From Curvularia clavata (lineage: Eukaryota), in assembly GCA_023920165.1 (NCBI GenBank), contig CP089281.1:682001-746000 (forward strand): 64,000 nucleotides of DNA. The letters run 5' to 3'. The position numbers and the translations under genes are program-made. The notes under the pieces were generated by a model. The model was given only the letters and a program-made list of their open reading frames with translations, was not told where the DNA came from and made no database searches. Of this stretch, positions 36,176 through 47,348 are shown one piece after another. Numbering within the stretch: the stretch's first letter is position 1; each line of letters starts with the position of its first letter.

Positions 36176-37846
36176 TTAGACATGCCTTCTTCTGGCCCAT
36201 TTAGTCAGATACTCTCTTCCGGCCAGTCTGTATGTATCCTCTTCTACATAACTTCCATTGTACCCTCTACCTTTGGGCTGGAGGACCAGGTTGAGTCCTT
36301 TGGGACTCTTATTGTACTTCGGCCAGTACGGCAGCCCCTTGCCGTTTGGATCTCCTTTAGCAACAAAGTTGATCCATTGTGCGCTCATGTCGTCAGCCAA
36401 TGCTGCGTACTCCTTCCACGGTCCATAAAATTGTGGGTTGTTGAACACAAATCCCACTTCAGAAAAGTGCTCAACGCCCTTATATGCCATTGATGGGCCG
36501 CCCGCGCTCTCGTTCCGCCACGGTACCGTGTTGAAGCGGTAGACGTAAGTTGGTGAGTATTTAGAATATTCGCGGGTGTCTCCAAGGCGAGGTGCGTGGT
36601 AAAAGACATCACCCAAAATGGCGGCTATCCGCTTGTACTGATAGCCATGCTCGGCGAAGCGTTCGGTACCAGTATTGAGAGGGATGCCAACCGTGGGATC
36701 GTCAGGGTAGAGTTCCATTATGCGTTTGATGACTGCGTCGGGAAAGTCGAAGCCCGTGCTGTTGGCAAGGTATGCATAGAGATCCGCGTCGGTGTTGATG
36801 ACACCATCATCAGGCGCGTTGTCAGTTCCCTCATCGGAGTTTGTGCCATAGAGATGAGGGATGTGGGCGAAACGACCGGAAGCGAGGAGCTCAGTAGGGT
36901 ACAAAGGCAAAATGTCTCCATCGACAACTGGATACCAACCTGGGCCTTGGCTTGGCTGTTTTAGCAACGGAAACATGTTGTCTGATGAGACTGTGCGCAA
37001 GCAAGCCAGAGTGTCGATGGCGTCCGAGCAATTTGCCTTGTTGACGATATCATCATAAAGTGGCTGATACCAGTCTGTACCGTTTTTCCAAGCTGTTGTT
37101 GCAGATCCAGATTCCTGGATACTGCGGTGGAAGAGGCCATCGGTTCGGCCACCATACGACATGAGTAGCTCTCCAACTGCAAAACTTCCAGCTGACTCGC
37201 CCCAAATGGTGACAGTATCCTTATCGCCACCAAAAGCTCCAATGTTCTCTGAAATCCATGCAAGGGCCTTTCGCATGTCTCTCAGCCCAAGGTTCGTCTG
37301 GCCGGTGCCCTGAATCTCTCGCGAGTAGAGGAAACCCCAGCCAGCCTTGCGGTAATTGATGCTGGCTGCAATGATTGGCTGCCCGATCTCGACACTTCTT
37401 TCAACAATGTAAGTCAAATTGTAGTTTGGTAGACCGGTGGTTCCGACTTGGTAAAATCCTCCGTAGATCCACAAGGCAACCGGAAGCTTAGTGGAGTTGT
37501 GCGAGGAATAACCGGTCGGGCGAACGATATTGATGCTCAGACAATTCTCGCTCATTTTGAAGTCAGTCGCGTATAAAAAGTCTGGGCATGCATCTCCATA
37601 GGATTTGGCCGGGCGCGTGCCTTTCCATGTCGAGTTCAAAGACTGCGGTACGCGGAAACGATTATTGCCTGAAGTATCCTGAGCGTACGGGATACCTAGG
37701 AAGACGTCTTGCTTGAATGATGGGAGTTGAAAGCCTTCGTATGTGCCGTTGAGGACTGTGACAGTAGGATCAACAGCATTTGCCGTAGCTGCCAAAAGAC
37801 AGGCTGCCAATGCTTGCACCTTCCAGGCTCTTGCAGTAGACGTCAT
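36176..37846 (-). CDS. Secreted type-B carboxylesterase/lipase
   Basis: Signal peptide, FLGIPYA, SENCLSINI, WIYGG, nucleophile motif GESAG, NSDEG and catalytic His in GVEHFSE. Confidence 0.93.
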   Translation of the reverse strand: MTSTARAWKVQALAACLLAATANAVDPTVTVLNGTYEGFQLPSFKQDVFLGIPYAQDTSGNNRFRVPQSLNSTWKGTRPAKSYGDACPDFLYATDFKMSENCLSINIVRPTGYSSHNSTKLPVALWIYGGFYQVGTTGLPNYNLTYIVERSVEIGQPIIAASINYRKAGWGFLYSREIQGTGQTNLGLRDMRKALAWISENIGAFGGDKDTVTIWGESAGSFAVGELLMSYGGRTDGLFHRSIQESGSATTAWKNGTDWYQPLYDDIVNKANCSDAIDTLACLRTVSSDNMFPLLKQPSQGPGWYPVVDGDILPLYPTELLASGRFAHIPHLYGTNSDEGTDNAPDDGVINTDADLYAYLANSTGFDFPDAVIKRIMELYPDDPTVGIPLNTGTERFAEHGYQYKRIAAILGDVFYHAPRLGDTREYSKYSPTYVYRFNTVPWRNESAGGPSMAYKGVEHFSEVGFVFNNPQFYGPWKEYAALADDMSAQWINFVAKGDPNGKGLPYWPKYNKSPKGLNLVLQPKGRGYNGSYVEEDTYRLAGREYLTKWARRRHV

Positions 37847-38180
37847 GACGACGACCCCCAAGTACTGGTGACAGTTATAAGAGAAGCGAAATGGTGTAGG
37901 AGGAAAGAAAAGTCGCTCTGTTACTCCTGAACAAGAGCAAGGCGACCATCAGCACGTATAAGACCTCATGGGACGTGAGCAAAGGACCCGTGCATTGTGG
38001 CGTAACGATTGTCCCGCTTCTGTACAGATGTAATGAACGCCCATGTTCGAGAGTGGGCGGCGGAGCTGCATGCTCGGCAGTTGGGGCCAATCCGGAAGGT
38101 CCTCCAGGCCCTGCATGGCTAGTTGCGTGTACTCAACATGGGATTCTGTACGTCGGTCCGAATCCATCCGCAGTCCTGCC

Positions 38181-39462
38181 CTAGAAAAGCTTCGACAAGA
38201 AGCTTTGTCTCTTTTTCACCGCCTGGTCGCCTAGCTGTATTGTTGCCAGCTTTGGTAAAGGAGCTATTGTATCTCCTGGTAGTTCGACAGGGATCATTGA
38301 AATGCCGTGTTCCGGAGCCTTGTATGGAAAGGAGACATTCTGGACCGCGCCTTGCTGGGCTGGCTGAATGTACTGATTCATGGGGGTATTGGGTGCTGGT
38401 GGTGGCGGCGGTTGATGAATAGCTATTGGTGATGGAGGAACGCCGAAGACGCCATTTGATTGTGGTTGAAGATGCACTGGCGTATGGAGTCTTTGAGGAT
38501 GCACATGTGCATACGGCGCTACCTGTGCTTGAGCTGAAGGCGAGTTGATGACATGTTGCTGGCCCAGACGCTGGGCATTCCAGATGCTAAAAACCTCATT
38601 CATAAGAGTCGTCCACTGTGGAGGCCCACCTTGGAAGTTGTACTTGACAGATCCATCATGAAATGCGACGAAAAAGTGTTCCTGGTGATATGGCGAGATA
38701 GCGACATACTTTCTTTACGTTAGGTTGCATCCAATCAATCATTAAGGAGCATCAAAAATACTTACAGTGATGGCTCCTGGCGCAGCGTCGACGATAATCT
38801 TGTTCAATATGCTGTAGTGGCCATGAAAGTCCCAAGCCAGGCGCCGGTCAGGATACATTAAAAACCATGCATTCTTCGCTCCAAGACTGACGCAAGTAGG
38901 CGTCTCGTTGGACTTCCGTACTTTGGCCTCAAGGTCCGAAGGTATACCAGCCCAAATAGATCCGCGGCCTTGAGCGCAAGCAAAATAGCTGAAGTTCTGG
39001 CCGAAAGTGATGAAGCAAGAACGGGCTGCGTTTGAGAATGATTTCGACCATCGCGCAAGATCAGGGTAGTTGACATCAAAGTATGTTTGGGAAAAGACTA
39101 TGTTTTGGTTAGCGCAATATCGAGGATGGTCATATCTGCTAGGGAGGCTGTCACTCGCTATGCGGGGCTGGGGCGGAGCTACTCACATTGCTTATCCTCT
39201 CCGTCCAACGTCTTGCACCCTACGTACCACACTGGCTCTTGGTTATTGACATGAGGCGCGAGAGCAAGACAGTAAGGACTGGCGATTCTCCAAGGAGGGC
39301 TCATGGAGCTGCTGAATAGCTGCCGGAGCGCGGGCGGTATCTCATGGCTGTGCGCTGTCAATCATGTAGCCTTGTCTCCTTTACATCGTGCGAAGCTCAC
39401 AATTTCCATGCTTGAGGACAGTCGAAAAAGATGCTATTTCGCGGCCCGAAGACAAACAACAT
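38181..39462 (-). CDS. Hypothetical protein, 4 exons (39462-39401, 39347-39187, 39097-38766, 38708-38181)
   Basis: Three GT..AG introns join the pieces into one frame: MLFVFGPRNSIFFD..ITFGQNFSYFAC..CVSLGAKNAWFLMYPD..YVAISPY..FFVAFHDG, ending in a Pro/Gln-rich tail. The start is uncertain. Confidence 0.7.
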
Positions 39463-39891
39463 GTTGCACACTCTTTCCGATTGAATGCAATACTGGCTAT
39501 GGTGAGGGAGGGAAAGCAGGAAAGACGCGGATGCCAGCGCGTCGTGAGGCGCCCGACCAAGAAAGTGGCGCTTTAGTTAGGGCCTCGTACCTGTGGAGAG
39601 TCGGCGGTCAACGTACAGCGCAAAGCAATCGCTGGCGACCAAGACCGTATTGAGAGCCACGCTTCGAGCAGTCAGAAGGTGTTGTTCAGTTTTTACATGT
39701 TTTGCTGGAAGATTAGGACAGCGTCAACCAATAGCCAGTTGCAAAAGGGCACAAGGAAAGGAAACAAAGAAGAAGAACTGGCTCAGCCACCAAGTGCTTT
39801 TGCTGATTGATATTATGACTTGCAAGTTTTTCAGTGCTGCCAGCAGTGGCAGTGACAAGTCACAAGACTGTCGGGTCAGTAACCCGAGATG

Positions 39892-40794
39892 TCACTGCTG
39901 ACTCACGTGTTTTTGCACTGCACACTTCTTCTCTCTAACCACCATTACCTCTTCCTCGTACACCTCCTCAACATGCACATTTGGAAATGCCTTTCGTAAT
40001 GCTTCTCCCATGTAGCGGATGCCCCAGTCTTCCGCCTGTCTGTGCCCAACGCACACAACTGACATGCCTAGCGCTTTTGCGGCCTCCAGCCCACTAACCC
40101 GGGGTTGCCCTGTTAAATAAAGCAGATGCCTGCCGCCTTCTTCTGGCGCTACCCACCCACGCTCTTGAGCCATCTGAAGTACACGATGCACCTCATCCTC
40201 GTTGAACGCATTCATAATGGTAACAAATCGTATTTCGTCTGACAAACCTCCATGTGCCAGCTCAGAGGCGCCAAACTGTGCTTGTATTCGGTTCAGCATC
40301 TCTTGCATAGCCACGGTGACCGGACCAATGATCCCCATCCTCCTTTCAGGGTCGCCTTTATAACCTTGAATGCAGATGCAGTTCGTCATATCCACGCCTA
40401 AACGTTTCGCTAGCGCCGTATTCCATCCGACAGTCAGAACCTCGTCAAAGGAAGTATGACTTGAGAGAACGAGTGTGCCTTTGCGCACGTTGCGCCGATC
40501 GAGATTAAACGGCCGGTGAAGAAAACACAGGCTTCGTGGTGATCGCAGGTAGCTCTGAGAGAAAGGCACCGTCGAGCATGCAGTACTCTGATCAGACGGG
40601 TGCCCGATCAAAGAGTACACACCCGGAGTCGGCGTGACGCTGAGTACAATCTGTTCGACTATGGCCGTCTCTGGGTCGTAGCGCGGGTTTCGAGGGACAT
40701 GGTAGAGCCGTTGTACGTCGTTTCCTTTGAGCGGCAGAAACGTTTCAACGAAGCGTGTCACAGTCGCTTGGGTGACCTTGTTCGGTCTTGACAT
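39892..40794 (-). CDS. NIF3/YqfO-like dinuclear metal-binding protein
   Basis: Putative metal-ligand motifs FLHRPF, SHTSFDE, YLTGQ and VGHRQAEDWG; ATG at 40794 (MSRPNKVT). Confidence 0.7.
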   Translation of the reverse strand: MSRPNKVTQATVTRFVETFLPLKGNDVQRLYHVPRNPRYDPETAIVEQIVLSVTPTPGVYSLIGHPSDQSTACSTVPFSQSYLRSPRSLCFLHRPFNLDRRNVRKGTLVLSSHTSFDEVLTVGWNTALAKRLGVDMTNCICIQGYKGDPERRMGIIGPVTVAMQEMLNRIQAQFGASELAHGGLSDEIRFVTIMNAFNEDEVHRVLQMAQERGWVAPEEGGRHLLYLTGQPRVSGLEAAKALGMSVVCVGHRQAEDWGIRYMGEALRKAFPNVHVEEVYEEEVMVVREKKCAVQKHVSQQ

Positions 40795-41383
40795 CGAAAA
40801 ATACTGGGGTAAACCGTCTGTTCCTGAGTAGTGATCAAGCACGCTCAGTTGGAGCTTCGTGACTTTTTGGCTTCGAGTACGTCATCATCGCATCTCAACC
40901 ATGAAACATTGAACGACTAGGTCCGCAGTTCATCTGCTACTCTGCATGCCACTAAAAATGCACCTGAATGCAAAGTGCATATGCTTTGAACGCATCGTAA
41001 GCTGTGTGTCGGATCGTGAAGTTCAAAGTCAATCTGTCGTAGCATAAGGATTGGGGCACCACCAGACAAGATCAATCTAGTCCGGTTATAGCCTAGCACT
41101 AATTGCCTTCTCTCCCAACCCATTTCGCTTTCTCGAGCAACAAGAATTGCGCAGTAGAAAATACGTTGTTTTGTCACACCTGCAGTCTATATCAAGCCAG
41201 TTCTTGCTCAAAGGCTGAGTCTCTTGGCTACTCATGAATGTAGTCATTGGCTTGACTAAGTGCACTTGCGTTGCTTCCCGCGGCTTCTCTATCTTTCTAT
41301 CTAAACTCCGGCCATCATCCAGTCATACACCCTAGGTACTTCAACATCGCCTTTTGTCTATCCAGTTACACAAGACAATAACC

Positions 41384-42724
41384 ATGGGTGCCACCGCGGC
41401 TTCCGCTCCCGCCATTGTAGGTGCGCTACGATGCCAAAAAGACTCTTATCTTCAAACACTCGAGACTCGAGTGGTATCCTGCGAGAAATTTGTGCCACCA
41501 AAGTCATCGCAGCAAAATGGCAAATCCAAAACAAAAAAGTCGACAGATCCAACTAAAGCGCTCGGAAACGGGGATGCGGCAACGAGCAAAACCTGGCTGA
41601 TTGAGCTTGCCGACTCGGTGCTATTCCCTGAAGGTGGCGGGCAGCATACTGATCACGGTGTCCTTGCGCCTTTGGAAGGCGAGAGCAAACAAGAGATACC
41701 AATACGGAGTATCCAGCGCCACGGTCTGCGTTGCATCCACTTTTCTCCTACGCCCCTTGCACCTGGTACACCTGTGCGTCAGACTGTCGATTTTGCTCGA
41801 CGTTGGGACCTTATGCAGCAGCATACCGGTCAACATCTCCTTTCCGCTGTCATGGACGGCATGGATCTGCCTACTCTCGGATGGAGCATGGGCCAACCGG
41901 GTGAAATGAACTACGTTGAGCTGCCCCGGAGACCAACAGACGAAGAGATACAGAAGATACAAAAGGACTGCAACGCGAGAATTAGAGAGAGTATCCCAAT
42001 AACAGTCGAGACGCCAGAAGGAAAGGGAAGTGATAGTCTCCCTGAAGACTATGATAAAGAAAAGGGCGTTGTGAGGTTTATCAAGATTGGAGACATGGAC
42101 TACAACGCCTGCTGTGGTACTCATCTCCAAAATTCCTCGCACATCAATGTCATACTGCTGCACCACACGCAATCTGTACGAGGCACAAACTGTAGGTTGT
42201 TCTTCACGGCAGGTGACCGCGCGATCAAATTGGCAACTGAGTCTATCGCTGGCCTTCGCTCCATTGCTGTCTCCTTATCATCAGGCTCAGCACCAGCCGA
42301 TGTCGCAGCCGGCGTACAGAGAATATCCGACCAGGTCTCTGAAGCCCGAAAGAAAGAGAAGAAGCTCCTTGCTGAGATTGCATCTTTCGAAGCCGAACGT
42401 ATCAGAAACCATCTCCAGAGCCATGAGACCGCATTTTTGCACCGCGCGACAGATGGACTGGACTTCATCAACCTTGTCCTCTTTGAGATTAAAGATGCTG
42501 TCAAAGAGCGAAATGCTGTCGTGGTGTTGTCTTCAGGCGAACATAAGACACCAGGGTCGCTTGTTATCTTTGGGACACCAGAACTGGTGGAGAAGATGGC
42601 AGCAAAGGTTAAGGAAGTTGTCAAGACGGCAAAAGGTGGTGGAAAGGGTGAAAAGTGGCAAGGCAAGGTCACAGAGTGGCAGAAAGGTGAGGTCGAAGCG
42701 CTCAAAAACGCGATCGAGACTTAA
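41384..42724 (+). CDS. Free-standing alanyl-tRNA editing protein (AlaX/AARSD1-like)
   Basis: DSVLFPEGGGQ, Zn motifs MQQHTGQHLLSA and CCGTH, C-terminal GGGKGEKWQGK. Confidence 0.92.
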   Translation: MGATAASAPAIVGALRCQKDSYLQTLETRVVSCEKFVPPKSSQQNGKSKTKKSTDPTKALGNGDAATSKTWLIELADSVLFPEGGGQHTDHGVLAPLEGESKQEIPIRSIQRHGLRCIHFSPTPLAPGTPVRQTVDFARRWDLMQQHTGQHLLSAVMDGMDLPTLGWSMGQPGEMNYVELPRRPTDEEIQKIQKDCNARIRESIPITVETPEGKGSDSLPEDYDKEKGVVRFIKIGDMDYNACCGTHLQNSSHINVILLHHTQSVRGTNCRLFFTAGDRAIKLATESIAGLRSIAVSLSSGSAPADVAAGVQRISDQVSEARKKEKKLLAEIASFEAERIRNHLQSHETAFLHRATDGLDFINLVLFEIKDAVKERNAVVVLSSGEHKTPGSLVIFGTPELVEKMAAKVKEVVKTAKGGGKGEKWQGKVTEWQKGEVEALKNAIET

Positions 42725-42996
42725 TAGACTATATAGACGAGGAAGAGAAAAGAAAATGGGTATCCGAAGCTATGTATCTAAAGAAGTAGAGGATAGATCA
42801 GAGACGCAGTGTATCAGCGATCTTATGTAATGCAACGTCCATCTAGCAAACCAGACCGTGCGTCCAAAGTATATATATAGAAGAAGGTAAGAAGAAAAAT
42901 ATATGGGACAAGAAAGCGAAGTGTAGGACAGATACCGTATGCTCAAACGCAAATAGCGGCTCCGTACCCCCAGGCACAAGAGGATGCCTCGCTGAT

Positions 42997-44231
42997 TTAG
43001 GCGCTGTAAACCTTGACCGAGTTGACCAGCCAGTATGTCTAATCAACGTTAGCACAACGAAAACACTTGTTAAAAGCAGGAGACTCACGTCAGAAAAATT
43101 CTGCGGCTGACCCGCCACATAAGCCGCACAACTTGGATTCACTTGCGCACAAGTCGTGGACCCCCAAACGCCACCAGCCCAATCCCCACAAAATGTAATG
43201 TCAAACACGATGTTGAGGTCGCGGAACTTCGCATCGAAATCACAGCCGCCGTTTCCGTAATTTGCAATAGGAGTTCCCCAGGAGCTCGGGTCAGGACTGC
43301 CGCTCTTGATGTTGACGGGAACGTTGCGTGCAGCAAAGGACCAGACTTTGATGCCGGCGCTGGTCCACAGCATAGCATAAACACCGCCACCATTGGCATT
43401 GAAGGGGGTGCCGAAGGTGGCGGGGTTGTCAGCTTGAATTCCACACCCGTTGAATCCTCCCCCGGCGCCGCAGTCTCCAGCGAGGCGACGTCCAGTTTCG
43501 CCGCCGGGGCCGATGCCCGGGTTGCAGCCGAGAGAGGTATGGAGGGTAACTTGGTTGGAGCTGGAGAGGTGGACACCTTCGTAGATGTCGATTTCGCCTT
43601 GGTTGGGCCAGTTGGGACCGACCATCCAGCTGTGAGGGAGGTAAAGTTAGCGGTGTGTAGGCGTGTTGATGTTAAAAGCACTTATGGATGGGTGGAGTGA
43701 GAGAAGATGATAGAGGTAGTGGAACGTACAAGGCTGGCCATGAGCCACAGGCACTACCAGGGACATGTGCAAAGTCCGCAATGACCAGGCCGTGGTTATA
43801 CGCTGTCTTGCTTTGCACTCTGACACTCTTCCGTCCTGCTCCATTTGGGTCTAGCTGAGACGTAGAGTCTACACCCATATATACCTGGCCATTCTGCGTC
43901 TTGAAGAGTCCAAATTGCTGTGCTTGTTGTAGCGTGGTGTAGTCGACAAAGCCATCTACAATCTCGAGTCAGAAACAAGGAGTGTCAAACGTAACTAAGC
44001 AGTACGACACATACGAGTTGGGTCAGCGATGTCTTCGAAGTTGAACTTGTTCGCCCAGTTGCTCGCGTCATATGTATCGATCAAGTTGTACGCCGCCTCG
44101 GCACGAAAATCGTCCGAAGCAGAGGAGATGATAGTCGAATTACCATGTGTCCAGGACCCTGGGCCAGCAGGTAGTGCGGTAGCACCGCGCCAGAGGAATG
44201 GGATGGATACGAGGAGTGATTTGAGAGACAT
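42997..44231 (-). CDS. Secreted GH16 endo-1,3(4)-beta-glucanase, fungal Lam16A-like (exons 44231-44015, 43955-43730, 43629-43089, 43038-42997)
   Basis: Signal peptide, DPTHGFVDY, GRKSVRVQS, CGSWPAFW, catalytic EIDIYE, FCGDWAG and YWLVNSVKVY; three canonical introns. Confidence 0.95.
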
Positions 44232-47200
44232 GATAGGCAGATATCATGCATATAACCTGAGGAATAACAAGAAGGCACTGGGAGTGTAACCACACAGACA
44301 ATATCAGAGAAAACCCCAAGTGAAAACACGTTCCCATCCGTACAACTTATACCTACCCACGAGCATCGTCACGCATACCTCCCTTTCCAAAAGCCCCACT
44401 CCCTCTTCTCCACTCTGAATAGTAGACCAGCATCTGGGTCTGCTGGCTCGTAGCAGAATGTGCATTTTCCACATGGAAAGGGAGAGGACGAGATTGCGTG
44501 ACCTGCCTGGCTTTCCCAGGCACACCCTCTGATTGGATGAAAACCCCCAAATTAGGAAATAAAAGCCATGCCATGTTACAATATCTCCAAAACCCAAGGC
44601 AAAAATGAGGGTGCACGGCTTGCAGCGGTTTCGCGGGCGTATAGCCTAGTCGAGCAGGTTGCGAAATTGTAACTTGGCCTGCAGGGTCTAACAACGTGAA
44701 CATGGCCGCATGATGAGAAAGGTAGAGCGGCGGTGGGCAGAAAGGGGGGCGCCCGCGTGGTAAACGGTGGTTTGAGCGGTTAGGGCTTTTTTGTATTGGT
44801 GTTTGGCTTTTTTAGTCGGTTGGTAAGGAGAGGTTGCGTTTGACGCCTGTGAGTGGTGGAGGCGCCGGGCCTCGTTCATTAACGAAAATCTTGGTGTCCG
44901 CGGATCGTTGGGCGATGTGCGGCGAACGAGGCATGGGTTCGAGATTTAGAAGGTGAAGTCGAGTCATGCGTAGTCGACCGTCCTTGAATTTATGGGCCTT
45001 TGTTCGCTCTGCTTTCTAGATCTTTGATGTGGTTGTGCATCTCGGCGTGCACAGCATAAGTTTGTACCTGTGTTCTTGTTCCCTCATTGACGCCGGCAAT
45101 CAAATACTCGCTATATTTTTTCATCCCACCAACCACCATTTCTTCTGGTACACAAGACTCGCAAAAGGTGTAAAAGAGTCGTGGGCGTTCAGGCTCGTGG
45201 TACCGCGCTAACCCCGCAAAAGTTGCATTCCCATGGCTAGAGCATCTGATGTGGAAGGTCACACTGACAATCTCCCCCCACTGGAACGCTGCAGCAAGCG
45301 TCATTCTATGCACGACTTAGCCTCAACCCCAGATTTCTGCTGCATGCGCATCGCTCGCGTGGTGTAAAGTCGCACTGCTTAGACCGGTGGGAGTCGACAA
45401 AGGTGCCCGACTTGGTCTCCTGTCACATAACGCTCACCGCTACAGCTGTGAGACGGGGTGTCATGAGCAGAACGACAATCCTGATCAGGTGACGAATATT
45501 TTACAAGCTACTGAGACTGGTCTTGAGATGTAGGGAATATATTGGTACCGGTGGTTATGATTGCGTGCCAAAGGTGGTATCGTAGTTTAGTACTGAAAGT
45601 GGAAACTGTACCGATATTGCGTGGTAGTATCCGGGCACAGCATTCATTTACGGCTGCGTTACTCGGTTTGTAAGTGAGTGAGCATGGGGATGTCTCGTGC
45701 TCGAGTGTCACTAACGGTTATGTACGGTGAGCGCCGAACGTAGAATATTTGTGAACACTGATCAAAAGAGCAAAGAGGAGTCAGCACCCTAACAGCCAGG
45801 ATGATAGATGTCGTTTCCAAATATTCCTCAATTTGTATATAGTGTTGATAGCCCAGCGACACTCTTACGTTGATGCTATGCTTCTATTAGTTGAACCAGA
45901 GATTTCGTTCTCTTTGCCGTTCTCTTTTGAATCATGACGAGAATGTGAAGACGTATGTAACGAGTTTCCGAAATCGACATCGCGCCAGGTAGTACACACG
46001 TGACCTTGATAAGACCGATGTGCAATATCAGTATGAGGTTGGCTTAGCTAGTGATGTAGGATATCAACTGTCCGCTGAAAGTCACCTGGCTCGACTGTTT
46101 GCGGAATACCTAGTCCATGTTCAGTGCATTAGAGTACAATCATGCTTTCAGATTGACACCTAAACAGCACCTAAACAGCAGCAATATTATATCTAACCTG
46201 CTTCCTATAGGATAGGATTATAATGTTTCACGTAACATTGCCAGAGCCGGCGCCACAAGAACAAGCCAACTAACGTTAAGCGTTCAACGAATGTCCTCGG
46301 TAGACGTTCTACAAAGCTTCTTATCCATGGCGCCTACCAATTGGCATCGCAATCACTCTACCCAAGTCACCGCGAAATACGATCATCCGTGTGATTTACA
46401 TCTTGGGGCTTGTTATGTAATATACGTGCTAAGACGGAGAATTTCCAGAAGCAGACTAAAACTTGGATATTTCACTACAGTCTCCGCATGGTCCTCGACG
46501 TGAATTAGGGTAGTTTTTTTCTGTCTGTATCACTATCAGTACCCTTAAATAGATCACAGGTAAGGCGTTACATACGAAGCAACCTTCTCAACGTTGGATT
46601 TAGCATGTCATCTGAAGCAACTCAAATGCCGCTACAGCTTCAGCTCCTCAGGCCTGAGTACCCACGGGCCGAACCATAGCGGAAGTGCCACGGCCCCGCT
46701 AAGGGTCTCTGGGGTTCGCTTACAGCAGCCTCAAGCATCCAGGATCTTCTTAAGATCGTCGCCGCTCAGATAAGCCCTATCTGCAGTCAGACTCCCGTCA
46801 TCGCTGATCGCTCTAGTCAACAAATCTTCTCCCTGTGCAATGTTACAGGTCGGAGATGTTGAAGCAGTATATATTATTGCTTAATACAATGTAGATTGGC
46901 GATCGTCTTTTTGCATTCTGACAGGAGACAGTACCATACCCATCTCGTAGTTTTGCTGGACGCGTTCTCACCAAGGCTGTGTTTTCAGCCCCTTAACGAG
47001 GGCGGCTGAGTTGGCGCACCGACAGCCTGGCAGCAGCAAGGATTTGTGCTAGAGTTCACACTGCAAATGGATCTGGCTTGACAACAAATCGATACATGAT
47101 TAGATGCATCTGCCATCATGGCTTACGGGGGCCAATATCTCCCAGAACCGACTGGTATACTGATCGCACACATGATGCACGGACCGCCTAGTCCGCTGCC

Positions 47201-47348
47201 TATATGCATCCCAGCCTGACCTTTCGTCCAATCCATGAACACGACAGTACGAGAAGGACTGCATACACATATTCTTTACGCCAGTTTCGGTCACGACAGG
47301 GATTGATTTTGCCCCACATCTCATCTCTATGAGAGTCTAGAAGAGGTC

